DNA of 57,765 nucleotides from an uncultured virus (IMG/VR IMGVR_UViG_3300009151_000002). Its lineage: Duplodnaviria; Heunggongvirae; Uroviricota; Caudoviricetes. A program made the translations under genes and the position numbers. Location of the stretch: IMG/VR virus record IMGVR_UViG_3300009151_000002, one strand, 5' to 3'. The first letter of the stretch is position 1; each line of letters opens with the position of its first letter. Below are positions 28,519 through 37,712 of this stretch, piece by piece. The notes under the pieces were generated by a model. That model had not been told where the DNA came from. It saw nothing but the letters and a program-made list of their open reading frames with translations, and searched no databases.

Positions 28519-29466
28519 TTATAAACCTGCTAAAAATTGTGTAGTTAAATCTACCCATCCTCCAACACTATTATATTTTTTAAATGATGTAACATTAATG
28601 TAAGCATTGTATCCATCATCTGTATTAATAAATGTTCCTGAACAATAAAATACATCAATTCCTGTTCCAACATTAGCACCAATTATTCCTGATGCACCTG
28701 TTAAAAAAGCATCTGAAGCTAATCTTATTTTTTCAGTAGCATAATCCATTTGAGCACCATAAGTTGGTATAGCTGCAAGAGCTGCTTTAAATGGAAATAG
28801 TATAGCACATAGAGTATAGTTTTGATAATCATTTGGAAAGTTTGTTACAACTGGAGCAACAGCATTTGCTGCTACCCATGTAATTGCTGTAGCAACTGCA
28901 CCACAAGTATTATCTGTTAAAGATTGTGCTTCACTTTTTCCTCTTCTCCAAATCCTTCCTACATTACCAGATCTTGATATTCCAATATGAGGAGTATTAA
29001 TCATAAATAAAGCACCATCTGTAGTTGTTGTAACATGTGATCCCCAAGCTTGTATACCTAATATACCTGTGTGAGGATAACCAGCTAAACCACCTGCCAT
29101 GAATGCACCTAAAAACTGATTCTGAGATGCAGGAGTCTGACCAATGTTTGAAATATCTGAATAAATAGGACCATCTATATCATCAGAACAAATTGAATCT
29201 GATAAAACTATATTATCTGGAGAGTAACCTTTTTCTTGTATAAAAGATTTAGCATAATCACCAAATCTTTGAACATTAACTGCTCCAGGATAAGTTACTT
29301 TAACTGTAGTATCATAGTCTACAGGGTTAGTTGTGTTTCTTTCAATACCTTCTACAACAGGAAACCAATCTCCTGATACAGGTTTAATACTAGAAAGAAT
29401 TAAAGCACCAGGTACAACAGTATCTGTTTTTGGATTTTTTAATGCATATGGAGTTAATTTTGCCAT
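28519..29466 (-). CDS. LCIB/LCIC-family (beta-type) carbonic anhydrase-like protein with N-terminal extension
   Basis: YPGA, SICSDD, AFMAGGLAGYPHTG..G..A...H, PHIGIS..G.VG...R.G and TCGA match LCIB/C conserved blocks, including the Cys/His/Cys Zn ligands. Confidence 0.8.
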   Translation of the reverse strand: MAKLTPYALKNPKTDTVVPGALILSSIKPVSGDWFPVVEGIERNTTNPVDYDTTVKVTYPGAVNVQRFGDYAKSFIQEKGYSPDNIVLSDSICSDDIDGPIYSDISNIGQTPASQNQFLGAFMAGGLAGYPHTGILGIQAWGSHVTTTTDGALFMINTPHIGISRSGNVGRIWRRGKSEAQSLTDNTCGAVATAITWVAANAVAPVVTNFPNDYQNYTLCAILFPFKAALAAIPTYGAQMDYATEKIRLASDAFLTGASGIIGANVGTGIDVFYCSGTFINTDDGYNAYINVTSFKKYNSVGGWVDLTTQFLAGL

Positions 29467-29468
29467 GA

Positions 29469-29621
29469 CTATTTCTTTTTTGTTGTTGCTTTAATCTTCT
29501 TCTCTTGTTTTAGCATTGCCGCTGTAGGTTTCTTTCCAGAACCTTCATTAGCACGGATGGCATCCCAGAGACCTCTCTGGGAAACACTACCGTCTTTTCT
29601 TTTCAGCATTTGCTTTTTCAT
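29469..29621 (-). CDS. Small basic protein (50 aa), not in ORF track
   Basis: MKKQMLKRKDGSVSQRGLWDAIRANEGSGKKPTAAMLKQEKKIKATTKKK*; ATGA overlap with the upstream stop. Confidence 0.75.
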   Translation of the reverse strand: MKKQMLKRKDGSVSQRGLWDAIRANEGSGKKPTAAMLKQEKKIKATTKKK

Positions 29622-30130
29622 TTCTTTTTAGCTACTATTTTCTTTTTAACTACTCCTCCTTTTTTAAGAATTCTTGGTGGCCCATAAGTTTTTTTAGGTG
29701 CAGATTCCATTTGAGAATTACTAGTATTACCTGTCATACTATCAGCACTTTGAAAACCTGAAGGTTTAGATTGCATAATAGAAGATGGTCTATTAGATGT
29801 ATTATAACTATCTCTATTGTAAGAATCTTTATTATAACTATCTGTAGTATTACCAGCGTTATTACCACTATTGTTCATAACTCTTGCTTTACTTCTACCA
29901 GTACCAAGTACTTTAGAAACTCTATTAGCCCTTGAATCTCTTTTTGAAGCAACACTACCTTCACCTTCAATATCTGCTACAGTAGCTTTTCTTTTTGCTC
30001 TAGCTATTTTTCTTTGTTGTCTTTCTTCAAAATTAGGTAGACCCAAAGGTCCACTACCCATTCCAAATTGTGCTTTTGCTAAAGGTTTTTTAGCTGTAGT
30101 AGTTTTCTTGATAGGTTTACTTGTTGCCAT
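29618..30130 (-). CDS. Basic low-complexity protein with AQFG and LKKGG motifs
   Basis: 170 aa with Lys-rich termini and a short DSYN tandem repeat. Confidence 0.65.
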   Translation of the reverse strand: MATSKPIKKTTTAKKPLAKAQFGMGSGPLGLPNFEERQQRKIARAKRKATVADIEGEGSVASKRDSRANRVSKVLGTGRSKARVMNNSGNNAGNTTDSYNKDSYNRDSYNTSNRPSSIMQSKPSGFQSADSMTGNTSNSQMESAPKKTYGPPRILKKGGVVKKKIVAKKK

Positions 30131-30132
30131 GG

Positions 30133-30375
30133 TTATTTTCTTTTTAATGTTCTTACAGGAGGTTTAACTAAAGTTCTAGCTGGAGCTTTACCTGCAGTAA
30201 CAATTCCTCCTAGTGCTTTAATTTGTTCTTGTGCATGCTTTGCAACATGAGCCATCATCTTAGGATCTTTTCTAATCTCATCAGCTCTCTTCAAAGTAGA
30301 TAAGGCAGATTCAATTTCCCATCTGTCCATTTCTTTTTTTGCAGGAGAAGCAATTGGTTTAGTTACTTTAGCCAT
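30133..30375 (-). CDS. Small phage protein
   Basis: 80 aa; WEIESALSTLKRADEIRKDPKMM helical core with basic tails. Confidence 0.65.
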   Translation of the reverse strand: MAKVTKPIASPAKKEMDRWEIESALSTLKRADEIRKDPKMMAHVAKHAQEQIKALGGIVTAGKAPARTLVKPPVRTLKRK

Positions 30376-30377
30376 GA

Positions 30378-30659
30378 CTATTTCTTTTTAAATAAATTTT
30401 TAAAAAAAGATTTAACTTTAGTAGATAATGATACTGACTCAACAACTTTTTCTTCAACTTCTTTAACTAATTCTTCTAAAGATTCTTTGTGTTCAGAAAT
30501 AATTTTAGTTGTTTCATATACAGCATTTTCAACTACAGGTAAAATTTCTTCTACTGTTGCTTCAACTTCTTTAACTACTTTTTTTACAACTTTTTTTCTT
30601 GGAGCTCTTGGAGTCTTTACTTTCTCAACAACAGCTGCTTCTACTTTTTTCTTTGCCAT
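30378..30659 (-). CDS. Small protein with basic termini and Glu/Val-rich core
   Basis: 93 aa, MAKKK...KKK*. Confidence 0.6.
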   Translation of the reverse strand: MAKKKVEAAVVEKVKTPRAPRKKVVKKVVKEVEATVEEILPVVENAVYETTKIISEHKESLEELVKEVEEKVVESVSLSTKVKSFFKNLFKKK

Positions 30660-30662
30660 AAT

Positions 30663-30701
30663 ATTAAAATAAAATTAAGCAGTACCCTATCTAGGTACTG
30701 C
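30663..30701 (-). terminator. Hairpin/possible terminator overlapping the stop of 30687-30863
   Basis: GCAGTACC-7nt-GGTACTGC perfect inverted repeat followed by TTAATTTTATTTT. Confidence 0.55.
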
Positions 30702-30863
30702 AGTTTTAGGAGCTTTAGATGTTCCACCTACTCTTCCTTTTGCTACTTTTTGTACGGTTGCTTTTGGATTAACTCCAGATTTAACACCTTTACTTCCAGC
30801 AACTTTAGAAGCTGTAACTTTTGCATTTGGGTTATTCATTTTCCCAGTTGTGTAATTTGCCAT
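30687..30863 (-). CDS. Small Lys/Ala/Gly-rich protein (58 aa), not in ORF track
   Basis: MANYTTGKMNNPNAKVTASKVAGSKGVKSGVNPKATVQKVAKGRVGGTSKAPKTAVPR*; A-rich leader. Confidence 0.7.
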   Translation of the reverse strand: MANYTTGKMNNPNAKVTASKVAGSKGVKSGVNPKATVQKVAKGRVGGTSKAPKTAVPR

Positions 30864-30875
30864 TTTATTTTATTT

Positions 30876-31892
30876 TTAAGAGTTCCAATATTTTTCACAA
30901 GCCATGTTCAAGTCTTTCAAAATATCCTCATTTAAAGGATTTTTTAAGTGCTCTAATACATCAGAAACATTCCTACCTAACAATGCGTTAGTTTTGGTAT
31001 GATAGATATAACCATCGCCCTTAGTAACAATATACTTAAAAAATACGGAATCTCTAACAATTGATTTAATTTTTAATGTTTCCATATCTAAAGTAGCTAT
31101 ATCCATAAATGTTTTAGCAGCTCTTTCTTTGTTGCTTTCACCACCTAAACCAGAAATGTAGTTATCCATGTTTTCATAGATTACATCATTTGGTGTAGAT
31201 TTTCTATATTGTGTACTGTTGATATCTACAACTTTTGCAATGTAGAATAACTTAGTACTGTTTTTGTCAAATAATTTTTGTAATTCAGATAGAGCTTTGT
31301 TACGTAATTTTTTATACTCTGTTCTTACCATTACAGTTTCCTCTTCTTTATCTAAGTAAAACTTTGGTGGAACAGCTTTTGCTCTTGCATCTTCCAAACT
31401 TTTTGAAACTAATGAGAATCCTCCAGCTTCAATTGCATATAATTTAATTCTGTCATAAGGGTCTTTTGGATCTAAGAACGTAGGTTCATTACCGCAAGAA
31501 ATAAAAATTCTATTCCAGAATTCAGAATTGTTTGGTCTTAGTAAAGTAACTTTAGCCCAAAATTCTTTATCATCAACATCAATAACATTAGCTGCTAGTT
31601 CTTGTTCTAACTCTGCAACTGCTGCTCTGATCTCTCTTACTCTAGCTTCTTTCTCTGCTGTAGGAAGTAATTTGATTTCCGGAGCAAACTCATTTAATCC
31701 AGTTACATATCTTACTACACCATTGTTATCTAAACAAGCTAGTTGTTCATTATGTGTTACCCCATCAAATAAACTCATACCATAGTCTTCTAATCCCATG
31801 TTAGAAGCAGAGTTATCAAAGTAAGGTCTTACAGCAATAGCTGTTTTTTTAACTGAGCCTTTTCCGGTCTCAACCATTGTGAAATTTTCCAT
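30876..31892 (-). CDS. Conserved crAss-like protein following the major capsid gene
   Basis: 338 aa. NSEFW...FLDPKDPYDRIKL...KFYL pattern; conserved post-MCP position. Confidence 0.6.
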   Translation of the reverse strand: MENFTMVETGKGSVKKTAIAVRPYFDNSASNMGLEDYGMSLFDGVTHNEQLACLDNNGVVRYVTGLNEFAPEIKLLPTAEKEARVREIRAAVAELEQELAANVIDVDDKEFWAKVTLLRPNNSEFWNRIFISCGNEPTFLDPKDPYDRIKLYAIEAGGFSLVSKSLEDARAKAVPPKFYLDKEEETVMVRTEYKKLRNKALSELQKLFDKNSTKLFYIAKVVDINSTQYRKSTPNDVIYENMDNYISGLGGESNKERAAKTFMDIATLDMETLKIKSIVRDSVFFKYIVTKGDGYIYHTKTNALLGRNVSDVLEHLKNPLNEDILKDLNMACEKYWNS

Positions 31893-31925
31893 TGTTTTGT
31901 TGGTTTTTGTTTTTGTAAAATTAAT

Positions 31926-31964
31926 TAAAAAAAATAGGTAGAGGAAATTAATCCCCTACCTATT
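31926..31964 (-). terminator. Rho-independent terminator after the capsid gene
   Basis: AATAGGTAGGGG...CCTCTACCTATT stem plus a long T-run. Confidence 0.8.
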
Positions 31965-31974
31965 CTAGGTATTA

Positions 31975-33594
31975 TTAGAAGGATCCGCCAGTGATTGGAT
32001 TTCTCATAACAATTTTCAATACTTTAGTTGGATCTTTAACCCAAATAGCTGGCATTGTTTGAGACATCATTACACGGTATCCATTGAATTGACCTGAAGA
32101 TTGGAACCCTTGAGTTCTACCCATGTAATCCATAGTACCATTTTGATACCACCATTTCAATTGATTATCCCAAGATAATTTCAATAAGAAGATGTTATCA
32201 TTAGTATTATCAGTGATATCAAAGATAATGAATGAATAAGAAGATAATGGGAAACCATCAATGATTGGGTTTTCAATATCATTTGTGTGAACATTATCAA
32301 ATGCTGGATTCAATACAAATTTCACGTTAGCCAAGAATGGGATAACATATGAAGTGTATGCAAATCCAAAGTTTAAGTCCATACCTTTACCAGTGATTGC
32401 ACCGATATCAGCAGCTTGGATTAATAAACCTGAAGATACTGCTTCACGTTTGATAGCCTCATTTACCATTCTCATACCACCCATACCAGTTTGTACAACT
32501 AGAGAGCGTTTTGGATCTGGACCTTGGAATTCAACTTTACCATTGAAGAAGTTGTAGATCTCACCACGGAATAAATCCAATGTGAAGTTATTCTTGTTGT
32601 AGATTCTTTTGAAAGAGTTATCCAACTGTTTCCAAAGACCCACTGACAATCTTAAATCATCTGGACCATCTTGTTTGATTCTACCACCTTGTCCCCACAT
32701 TAAGTAAGTCTCAATATCTTGAGCTATCTTAGACAAGTGAGCCGCTTCCATAGTAGTTAAGAAAGTTCTAGATAAATCTCCATTGTCAAAAGCTTTTTTA
32801 ACTTTGTCTTTACCTAATGTCTTAACCATATCATCTAAGCTACTGATTGAAGGATCATTTAAGTTTGTATCAAATGTTCTCCAGATCTCAGTTACAGGAA
32901 CTGTACCATCTGCATTCATACCACCTTTGATCATCAAATCTGCTCTAGAAGAAATAGAGTAGTGAACGTGAGCTTCTGCACCTCCTACAAAGTTGTAGAA
33001 TTCACGGAAACCAGCTCTAGTTTGGATGTCAGAGAATCTCTCTCCATACTCACCACGCGCAGAACCTTTACGGAATACTTTAGTACCATTAGATAAGTAC
33101 TTGTTATCCAAGAACTTGAAGTTATCATTGTTTACTAACTGTACGGTATAGATAAATCCATCACCTACAGGTAAGATATCTTCAGCTGTTACATAAAGTT
33201 CAACACCGTTGTATTTGTCATAGGTGAACATATCACCATGTCCAAACTCACGTCTGTTTAATTTAATTCTGAATGTTGATCCCTCAATTCCTTTGAACTC
33301 ATTATCCGGTTCAATGTCTTCAATAATGTAAGGAAGATCAATAGATACAGGAGTCTGCCATCTATATTCACCTCTTGCATTGTCTACCATAATTACATTC
33401 TTTCCACCGAAAGAAGACATTTGGTACAAAGGCATTTCAACTTTTTGGGACATAGCCCATAAGTCAACCGGACCTAAATCCATTGGTTGAGCATCTTTCA
33501 ACATGTTTACTAAGTGGTAGGAATCTACGTGTGAACTTGCATTGTATGCAGTATCACGCAGAAATATACCATTGTTTAAAACTGGAGTTGCCAT
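31975..33594 (-). CDS. Major capsid protein (HK97 fold, crAss-like)
   Basis: 539 aa; portal-scaffold-MCP synteny; GLWKQL, VQTGMGGM and MPAIWVKDPTK motifs resemble crAss-like MCPs; C-ending codon bias of a highly expressed gene; followed by a terminator. Confidence 0.85.
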   Translation of the reverse strand: MATPVLNNGIFLRDTAYNASSHVDSYHLVNMLKDAQPMDLGPVDLWAMSQKVEMPLYQMSSFGGKNVIMVDNARGEYRWQTPVSIDLPYIIEDIEPDNEFKGIEGSTFRIKLNRREFGHGDMFTYDKYNGVELYVTAEDILPVGDGFIYTVQLVNNDNFKFLDNKYLSNGTKVFRKGSARGEYGERFSDIQTRAGFREFYNFVGGAEAHVHYSISSRADLMIKGGMNADGTVPVTEIWRTFDTNLNDPSISSLDDMVKTLGKDKVKKAFDNGDLSRTFLTTMEAAHLSKIAQDIETYLMWGQGGRIKQDGPDDLRLSVGLWKQLDNSFKRIYNKNNFTLDLFRGEIYNFFNGKVEFQGPDPKRSLVVQTGMGGMRMVNEAIKREAVSSGLLIQAADIGAITGKGMDLNFGFAYTSYVIPFLANVKFVLNPAFDNVHTNDIENPIIDGFPLSSYSFIIFDITDNTNDNIFLLKLSWDNQLKWWYQNGTMDYMGRTQGFQSSGQFNGYRVMMSQTMPAIWVKDPTKVLKIVMRNPITGGSF

Positions 33595-33618
33595 TTATAT
33601 TTATTTATTAGTTACTAA

Positions 33619-34890
33619 TTAAAAAGTACGTCTGAAAATATTAGTATTCTGACGCTGTATTGTTTTTTGTGGTTTGCTAGAAGGTCTATCTTCTCCTAAA
33701 CCGGTATTAGTTGAAGAACTAGATAATTTTCTAGACTCTTCAGTTTTTAAGCTTCTTACTGTTTTTTCTACAGCAGCCTTAGAACCTTGTTCTTTTATTC
33801 TACTTCTGTATCCTTCTGGATCTTGAAGTAACCAAAGTGCTTCAGCAATTAAACCATGATTTGGTTCAACAAACTGATACTTTTCTAACAAGTGTCCTAA
33901 CAAGTTTGTATTCTTACCAGATATAGAAGGGTAGTTTGGTTGTACTAATCCTGAGTAAAGAACACTTTGTGTTTTTTTATCAAGTTTAACTCCCGCAATT
34001 TCTCCTGCTGCAAGTGTATTGTATACACTATCTGTATAAGCTCTTGCTTGTTTTGTTTGTTGTTCTTTTTTATGTTCTTGCTCTGCTAATTGTCTTGCAA
34101 CAATTTCTTCTTGCATTCTGTCTAACTTAGGTTTAAACTGATTAGCTTTTTGTTCAAGCTTATTCATGTCTGCCCAGTCTTGAATCTCTGATTCAATTTC
34201 TTCAGCATTTCCAAAGTTAGTAGCCCAAAGATATTGTCTAGCAATTTCTTCTTGGTCATGTTCATTAGTAGGATCTAAATCAATGATCTCTTCTACATGA
34301 GCAAGAGTTCTGAAAAGACCTTTTAAATCTTGTCCACCATCAGCTACATACTTAGCCGCAATTTGAAGTTCTTCAGGAAGAGCATTAAAAAATTCTTTAG
34401 GAACTTTTGCTTTTACAGCATTTTCTCTTTCTTGGAAGTTTGCTTCAAACAATTCTCTGAAGTCTTTAGTACTATACTCTTCTAATGATTTTTCATCATC
34501 AAAAGGAATAAGTGTACCTTCCTCAATCATCTTTTGAGCTAGATCATAAAGACCATCTTTATCTACTTTTGGTCTTCCATTCTTAGTACTAGCTTCTTCA
34601 TTCTGACTAATAAGATTATCTAACTCAGCAATAGTTTCTTCAACTTCTGCTTTGTCTTCTACAGCTTGAGCTTTTTCTTGAGCTGTTGTAGGTTTATTGT
34701 CAAGGAACGAGGTGTCAATGTTTTCAGCACTGAACATAGTTTTTGGTTTTTCCTCTGCTTTACCATCTTCTGGTGTCATGATGTTTGCAGCTCCTGGATT
34801 ACCAAATAGTTCATCAATGTTAACATCAACTTGTTCTACCGTTGTAGAGTCTTGAATTTGATCTTCAAGATTAGTTGCTTCTTTATTCAT
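33619..34890 (-). CDS. Putative scaffold/prohead core protein
   Basis: 423 aa acidic, helical/coiled-coil, between portal and MCP. Confidence 0.6.
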   Translation of the reverse strand: MNKEATNLEDQIQDSTTVEQVDVNIDELFGNPGAANIMTPEDGKAEEKPKTMFSAENIDTSFLDNKPTTAQEKAQAVEDKAEVEETIAELDNLISQNEEASTKNGRPKVDKDGLYDLAQKMIEEGTLIPFDDEKSLEEYSTKDFRELFEANFQERENAVKAKVPKEFFNALPEELQIAAKYVADGGQDLKGLFRTLAHVEEIIDLDPTNEHDQEEIARQYLWATNFGNAEEIESEIQDWADMNKLEQKANQFKPKLDRMQEEIVARQLAEQEHKKEQQTKQARAYTDSVYNTLAAGEIAGVKLDKKTQSVLYSGLVQPNYPSISGKNTNLLGHLLEKYQFVEPNHGLIAEALWLLQDPEGYRSRIKEQGSKAAVEKTVRSLKTEESRKLSSSSTNTGLGEDRPSSKPQKTIQRQNTNIFRRTF

Positions 34891-34913
34891 CTTGTTGGTT
34901 TTAGTTTATAATT

Positions 34914-34921
34914 TAATATAA
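34914..34921 (-). promoter_or_regulatory. Putative late promoter box (TTATATTA)
   Basis: Upstream of the scaffold gene, followed by the AAACCAACAA leader. Confidence 0.45.
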
Positions 34922-34980
34922 GCAATAAACTTGAAAAATTTAAACACTCTTAAAAATTTTTGGGCACTATATAGCTAACC

Positions 34981-37710
34981 CTATTCTTTTTTATCATATT
35001 TGTTTTTATTCTCTCTTGCAATTGCTAGTTGTTTATCTGCTATTTCTTTCTGAGCTTGTATTTTTTCTCTTTCAATTTGAGTTTTTGTAGAATCATTATT
35101 CATTCTATTTACTTCTTTTTCTCTTTGTAGATTCATTTGATCTTGGAACTGTTCAGAATTTCTGATATCTTTCATTGCATCTATATAATCAGATTGCATA
35201 TTTTTATCAATATCAGTCATTGCTCCCATACCAGCAGCTCTAATTTCAGCAACAAGAATATCTCTTTGTCTATTCTTCTCATCTCTTAATTCATTTGCAT
35301 CAAGCTCCATTTTCTTTTGTCTTTCTTGAGACTCCATTTGTTGTTGTTGCATTTGTTGTTGTTGCTGTTGTTCTTCTTGTTTTTGTTTGTTTTGTTTTTC
35401 TTCTGCTGCTTTAAGAGTATTGTTTACTTCAGATACTGTATCTGCTTGCACAAGTTTCCCTAAATCATATATTGTTGCACCAGTAGTATTATTAGTCATA
35501 GCCATTTGTTTTAATTGCTCTAGGACGGCTCTATGATTTGCTGTGGTACTACAAAAGATATTAAGATCTCTCATTAATAAATCTGTACCATTTATTTCAA
35601 AGTTTACTTTCTCATCATCAGAAGTCATGTATGAAAGTCTAGCTGATGGTTTTGTTGAGTGATAATACTGTGCAAGGTCTGTTCTCATTGTATGCACGCG
35701 AGGCATTAAGTAATCACAGTGTTGCATAAAGAATATTTCTGTCTGAGCATAAGATGCTGAAGCAGCTTGCTCAACTCCAGTAGCAGTCATTTGTGATAAC
35801 TGTTGACCCATCCTTTGAGGATTAACACCAATTACATCATAAGCTTGTTGCTTAAAGTGCTCAGCTAATTTAATTCTTGACATTAACCTTTCTGTTTGTG
35901 AAAGATCTAGTTTTTGAAAGTGCTGGAAGTTAAGAGGGTTTTCTGTATTGCTTATTGATGTATCCAATGGAAGCATCTGGAAATTCTTCATTGCCACATA
36001 GGCTTTTGCTAAGTTATTCTTACCCCAGTCTTCACCCATTGAATGTCTTGGTAATGAATTCTGATCAAGTAAAATTACTGTTCCTAACTCATCTACTAGT
36101 ATATCTGCAATCTGATTATTTACAATATTGTATCCAATCTGATATGGTTTCATTAAGTCTAGTAATGCAGTAGACTTTGTATTTCTATCAGAGAATACTG
36201 CTCCTTCTACTGGAAGTTTACAACCATACAAACTATTATCTCCTTTAAATTGAAATCTTAAAGGTCCAATATGGTTTTTATCTACACCAATATAAACCGG
36301 AGAGAAACCTCCAGGATTATTCATACCCCAGAATGAAGGAATATTTGGTCCAATTTTTACACCACCCCAAACTTCATTAATCCAAATCCAGTCAATATGT
36401 TCTCCATATACAAGATTCTCTTTAGTTTTGTTTTTAAATAATCTATTATCATAAATTGGATTATCAGTTATCTTATAATCTTCAGTTATTATTTCATTAA
36501 TAACTTCACCATTATCTTTTATTTTAGTCAAATGTCCAACTTTTCTCTGAGACTTCCAGTAACCTGTAGTTACTCTTAATAAGTATGCAGTACCTTGATC
36601 ATAGTAATCTTCACCTTCAGAAAGAATCTGATTAATAATATCTCCACCATCATATACAGATCCGGCCATCATTGTAGTATACTGTCTATATGCTAATGAA
36701 GGCATATTAGTATTCCATTCATGTGACTTAGTAGCATCATAAAAAGTACCATCATTTTGACCTCCTATTGCATAACCTGCAGATCTAATTGGGTAAACAG
36801 CTTCTAATGCTTCATGTTGTTCTTCAGTAAGGACATATCCGTACTTATCAATTACATCAGCAACAGTTAACATATCTACTTTACCTACCCAGTTACCTTG
36901 AGATATATATCTTGCATCTGGAGATTTGTGATAGAAAGTTACAGGTGGATTCCAAAGTTCTACATCATAATCATCCTCCATCATTCTAAAATGCCAGAAC
37001 TCTCTATCTGTAATAAGCATATCTCTGAATCCTCTTTCTTCAAGTTCATCCATATGGAATCTTTCTACGTCTACTTTATGTTGATGAGAAGCCCATTGTT
37101 CTACAAGTGATTTGTAATCCTTCTTAAAGAACTGCTCAATTTGTGGTAATGATTTTAAATTTTCTGGCGCTAGTTGTTGCTGTGCTTCAGGGGATTCTGG
37201 ATTCATACCTTGTTCCATTAAAGCAGCTTGTATTTGAGTACTTGCTTCAGCCATTAATGTATCTTCAACCATTTTTCTTTTTTGCTCCATCATCTCATTA
37301 TATGAGAATTCATCAATAGCTCTATAAGTAAGTTTGGTAGATCTTTTAGCAAATTCAGCTACAAGAACATTAATAACATTTGGGATAATTGGATAGAATT
37401 TTAACTCTAAGGCAGACCAGTCTTCTCTAGTTAATACATCAACAATATCTCTCATCTCATTGTTTTCCTCAACTATATAATCTGACTTATCTATAATACC
37501 TTTTGCAAGCTTATAGTTCTTCATTAGTCTGCGCGCATTTCTACGGATTTGCTTTAAACCATTCCATTCAAGCCAATCAAGATTCCAAGCTGCCCACTCA
37601 TCATCTTTTTCTTTTTTAGGAATAAATTGCAACGGTTGGGTAATACTACCCATCCTATTATGAGAAGCCTTGGCTCCCTTTTTAAGCTGCATTGCGTTAA
37701 ATACTTGCAT
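34981..37710 (-). CDS. Portal protein (crAss-like)
   Basis: 909 aa. YPIIPNVINVLVAE, WINEVWGG.KIG, MKPYQI.YN, GVNPQRMGQ and C-terminal Q-rich barrel; follows terminase. Confidence 0.9.
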   Translation of the reverse strand: MQVFNAMQLKKGAKASHNRMGSITQPLQFIPKKEKDDEWAAWNLDWLEWNGLKQIRRNARRLMKNYKLAKGIIDKSDYIVEENNEMRDIVDVLTREDWSALELKFYPIIPNVINVLVAEFAKRSTKLTYRAIDEFSYNEMMEQKRKMVEDTLMAEASTQIQAALMEQGMNPESPEAQQQLAPENLKSLPQIEQFFKKDYKSLVEQWASHQHKVDVERFHMDELEERGFRDMLITDREFWHFRMMEDDYDVELWNPPVTFYHKSPDARYISQGNWVGKVDMLTVADVIDKYGYVLTEEQHEALEAVYPIRSAGYAIGGQNDGTFYDATKSHEWNTNMPSLAYRQYTTMMAGSVYDGGDIINQILSEGEDYYDQGTAYLLRVTTGYWKSQRKVGHLTKIKDNGEVINEIITEDYKITDNPIYDNRLFKNKTKENLVYGEHIDWIWINEVWGGVKIGPNIPSFWGMNNPGGFSPVYIGVDKNHIGPLRFQFKGDNSLYGCKLPVEGAVFSDRNTKSTALLDLMKPYQIGYNIVNNQIADILVDELGTVILLDQNSLPRHSMGEDWGKNNLAKAYVAMKNFQMLPLDTSISNTENPLNFQHFQKLDLSQTERLMSRIKLAEHFKQQAYDVIGVNPQRMGQQLSQMTATGVEQAASASYAQTEIFFMQHCDYLMPRVHTMRTDLAQYYHSTKPSARLSYMTSDDEKVNFEINGTDLLMRDLNIFCSTTANHRAVLEQLKQMAMTNNTTGATIYDLGKLVQADTVSEVNNTLKAAEEKQNKQKQEEQQQQQQMQQQQMESQERQKKMELDANELRDEKNRQRDILVAEIRAAGMGAMTDIDKNMQSDYIDAMKDIRNSEQFQDQMNLQREKEVNRMNNDSTKTQIEREKIQAQKEIADKQLAIARENKNKYDKKE

Positions 37711-37712
37711 AA

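Noticed and set aside
35335..35400. CAA-rich tandem repeat
   Set aside because: Encodes the Gln-rich coiled-coil region of the portal; not a separate repeat element.
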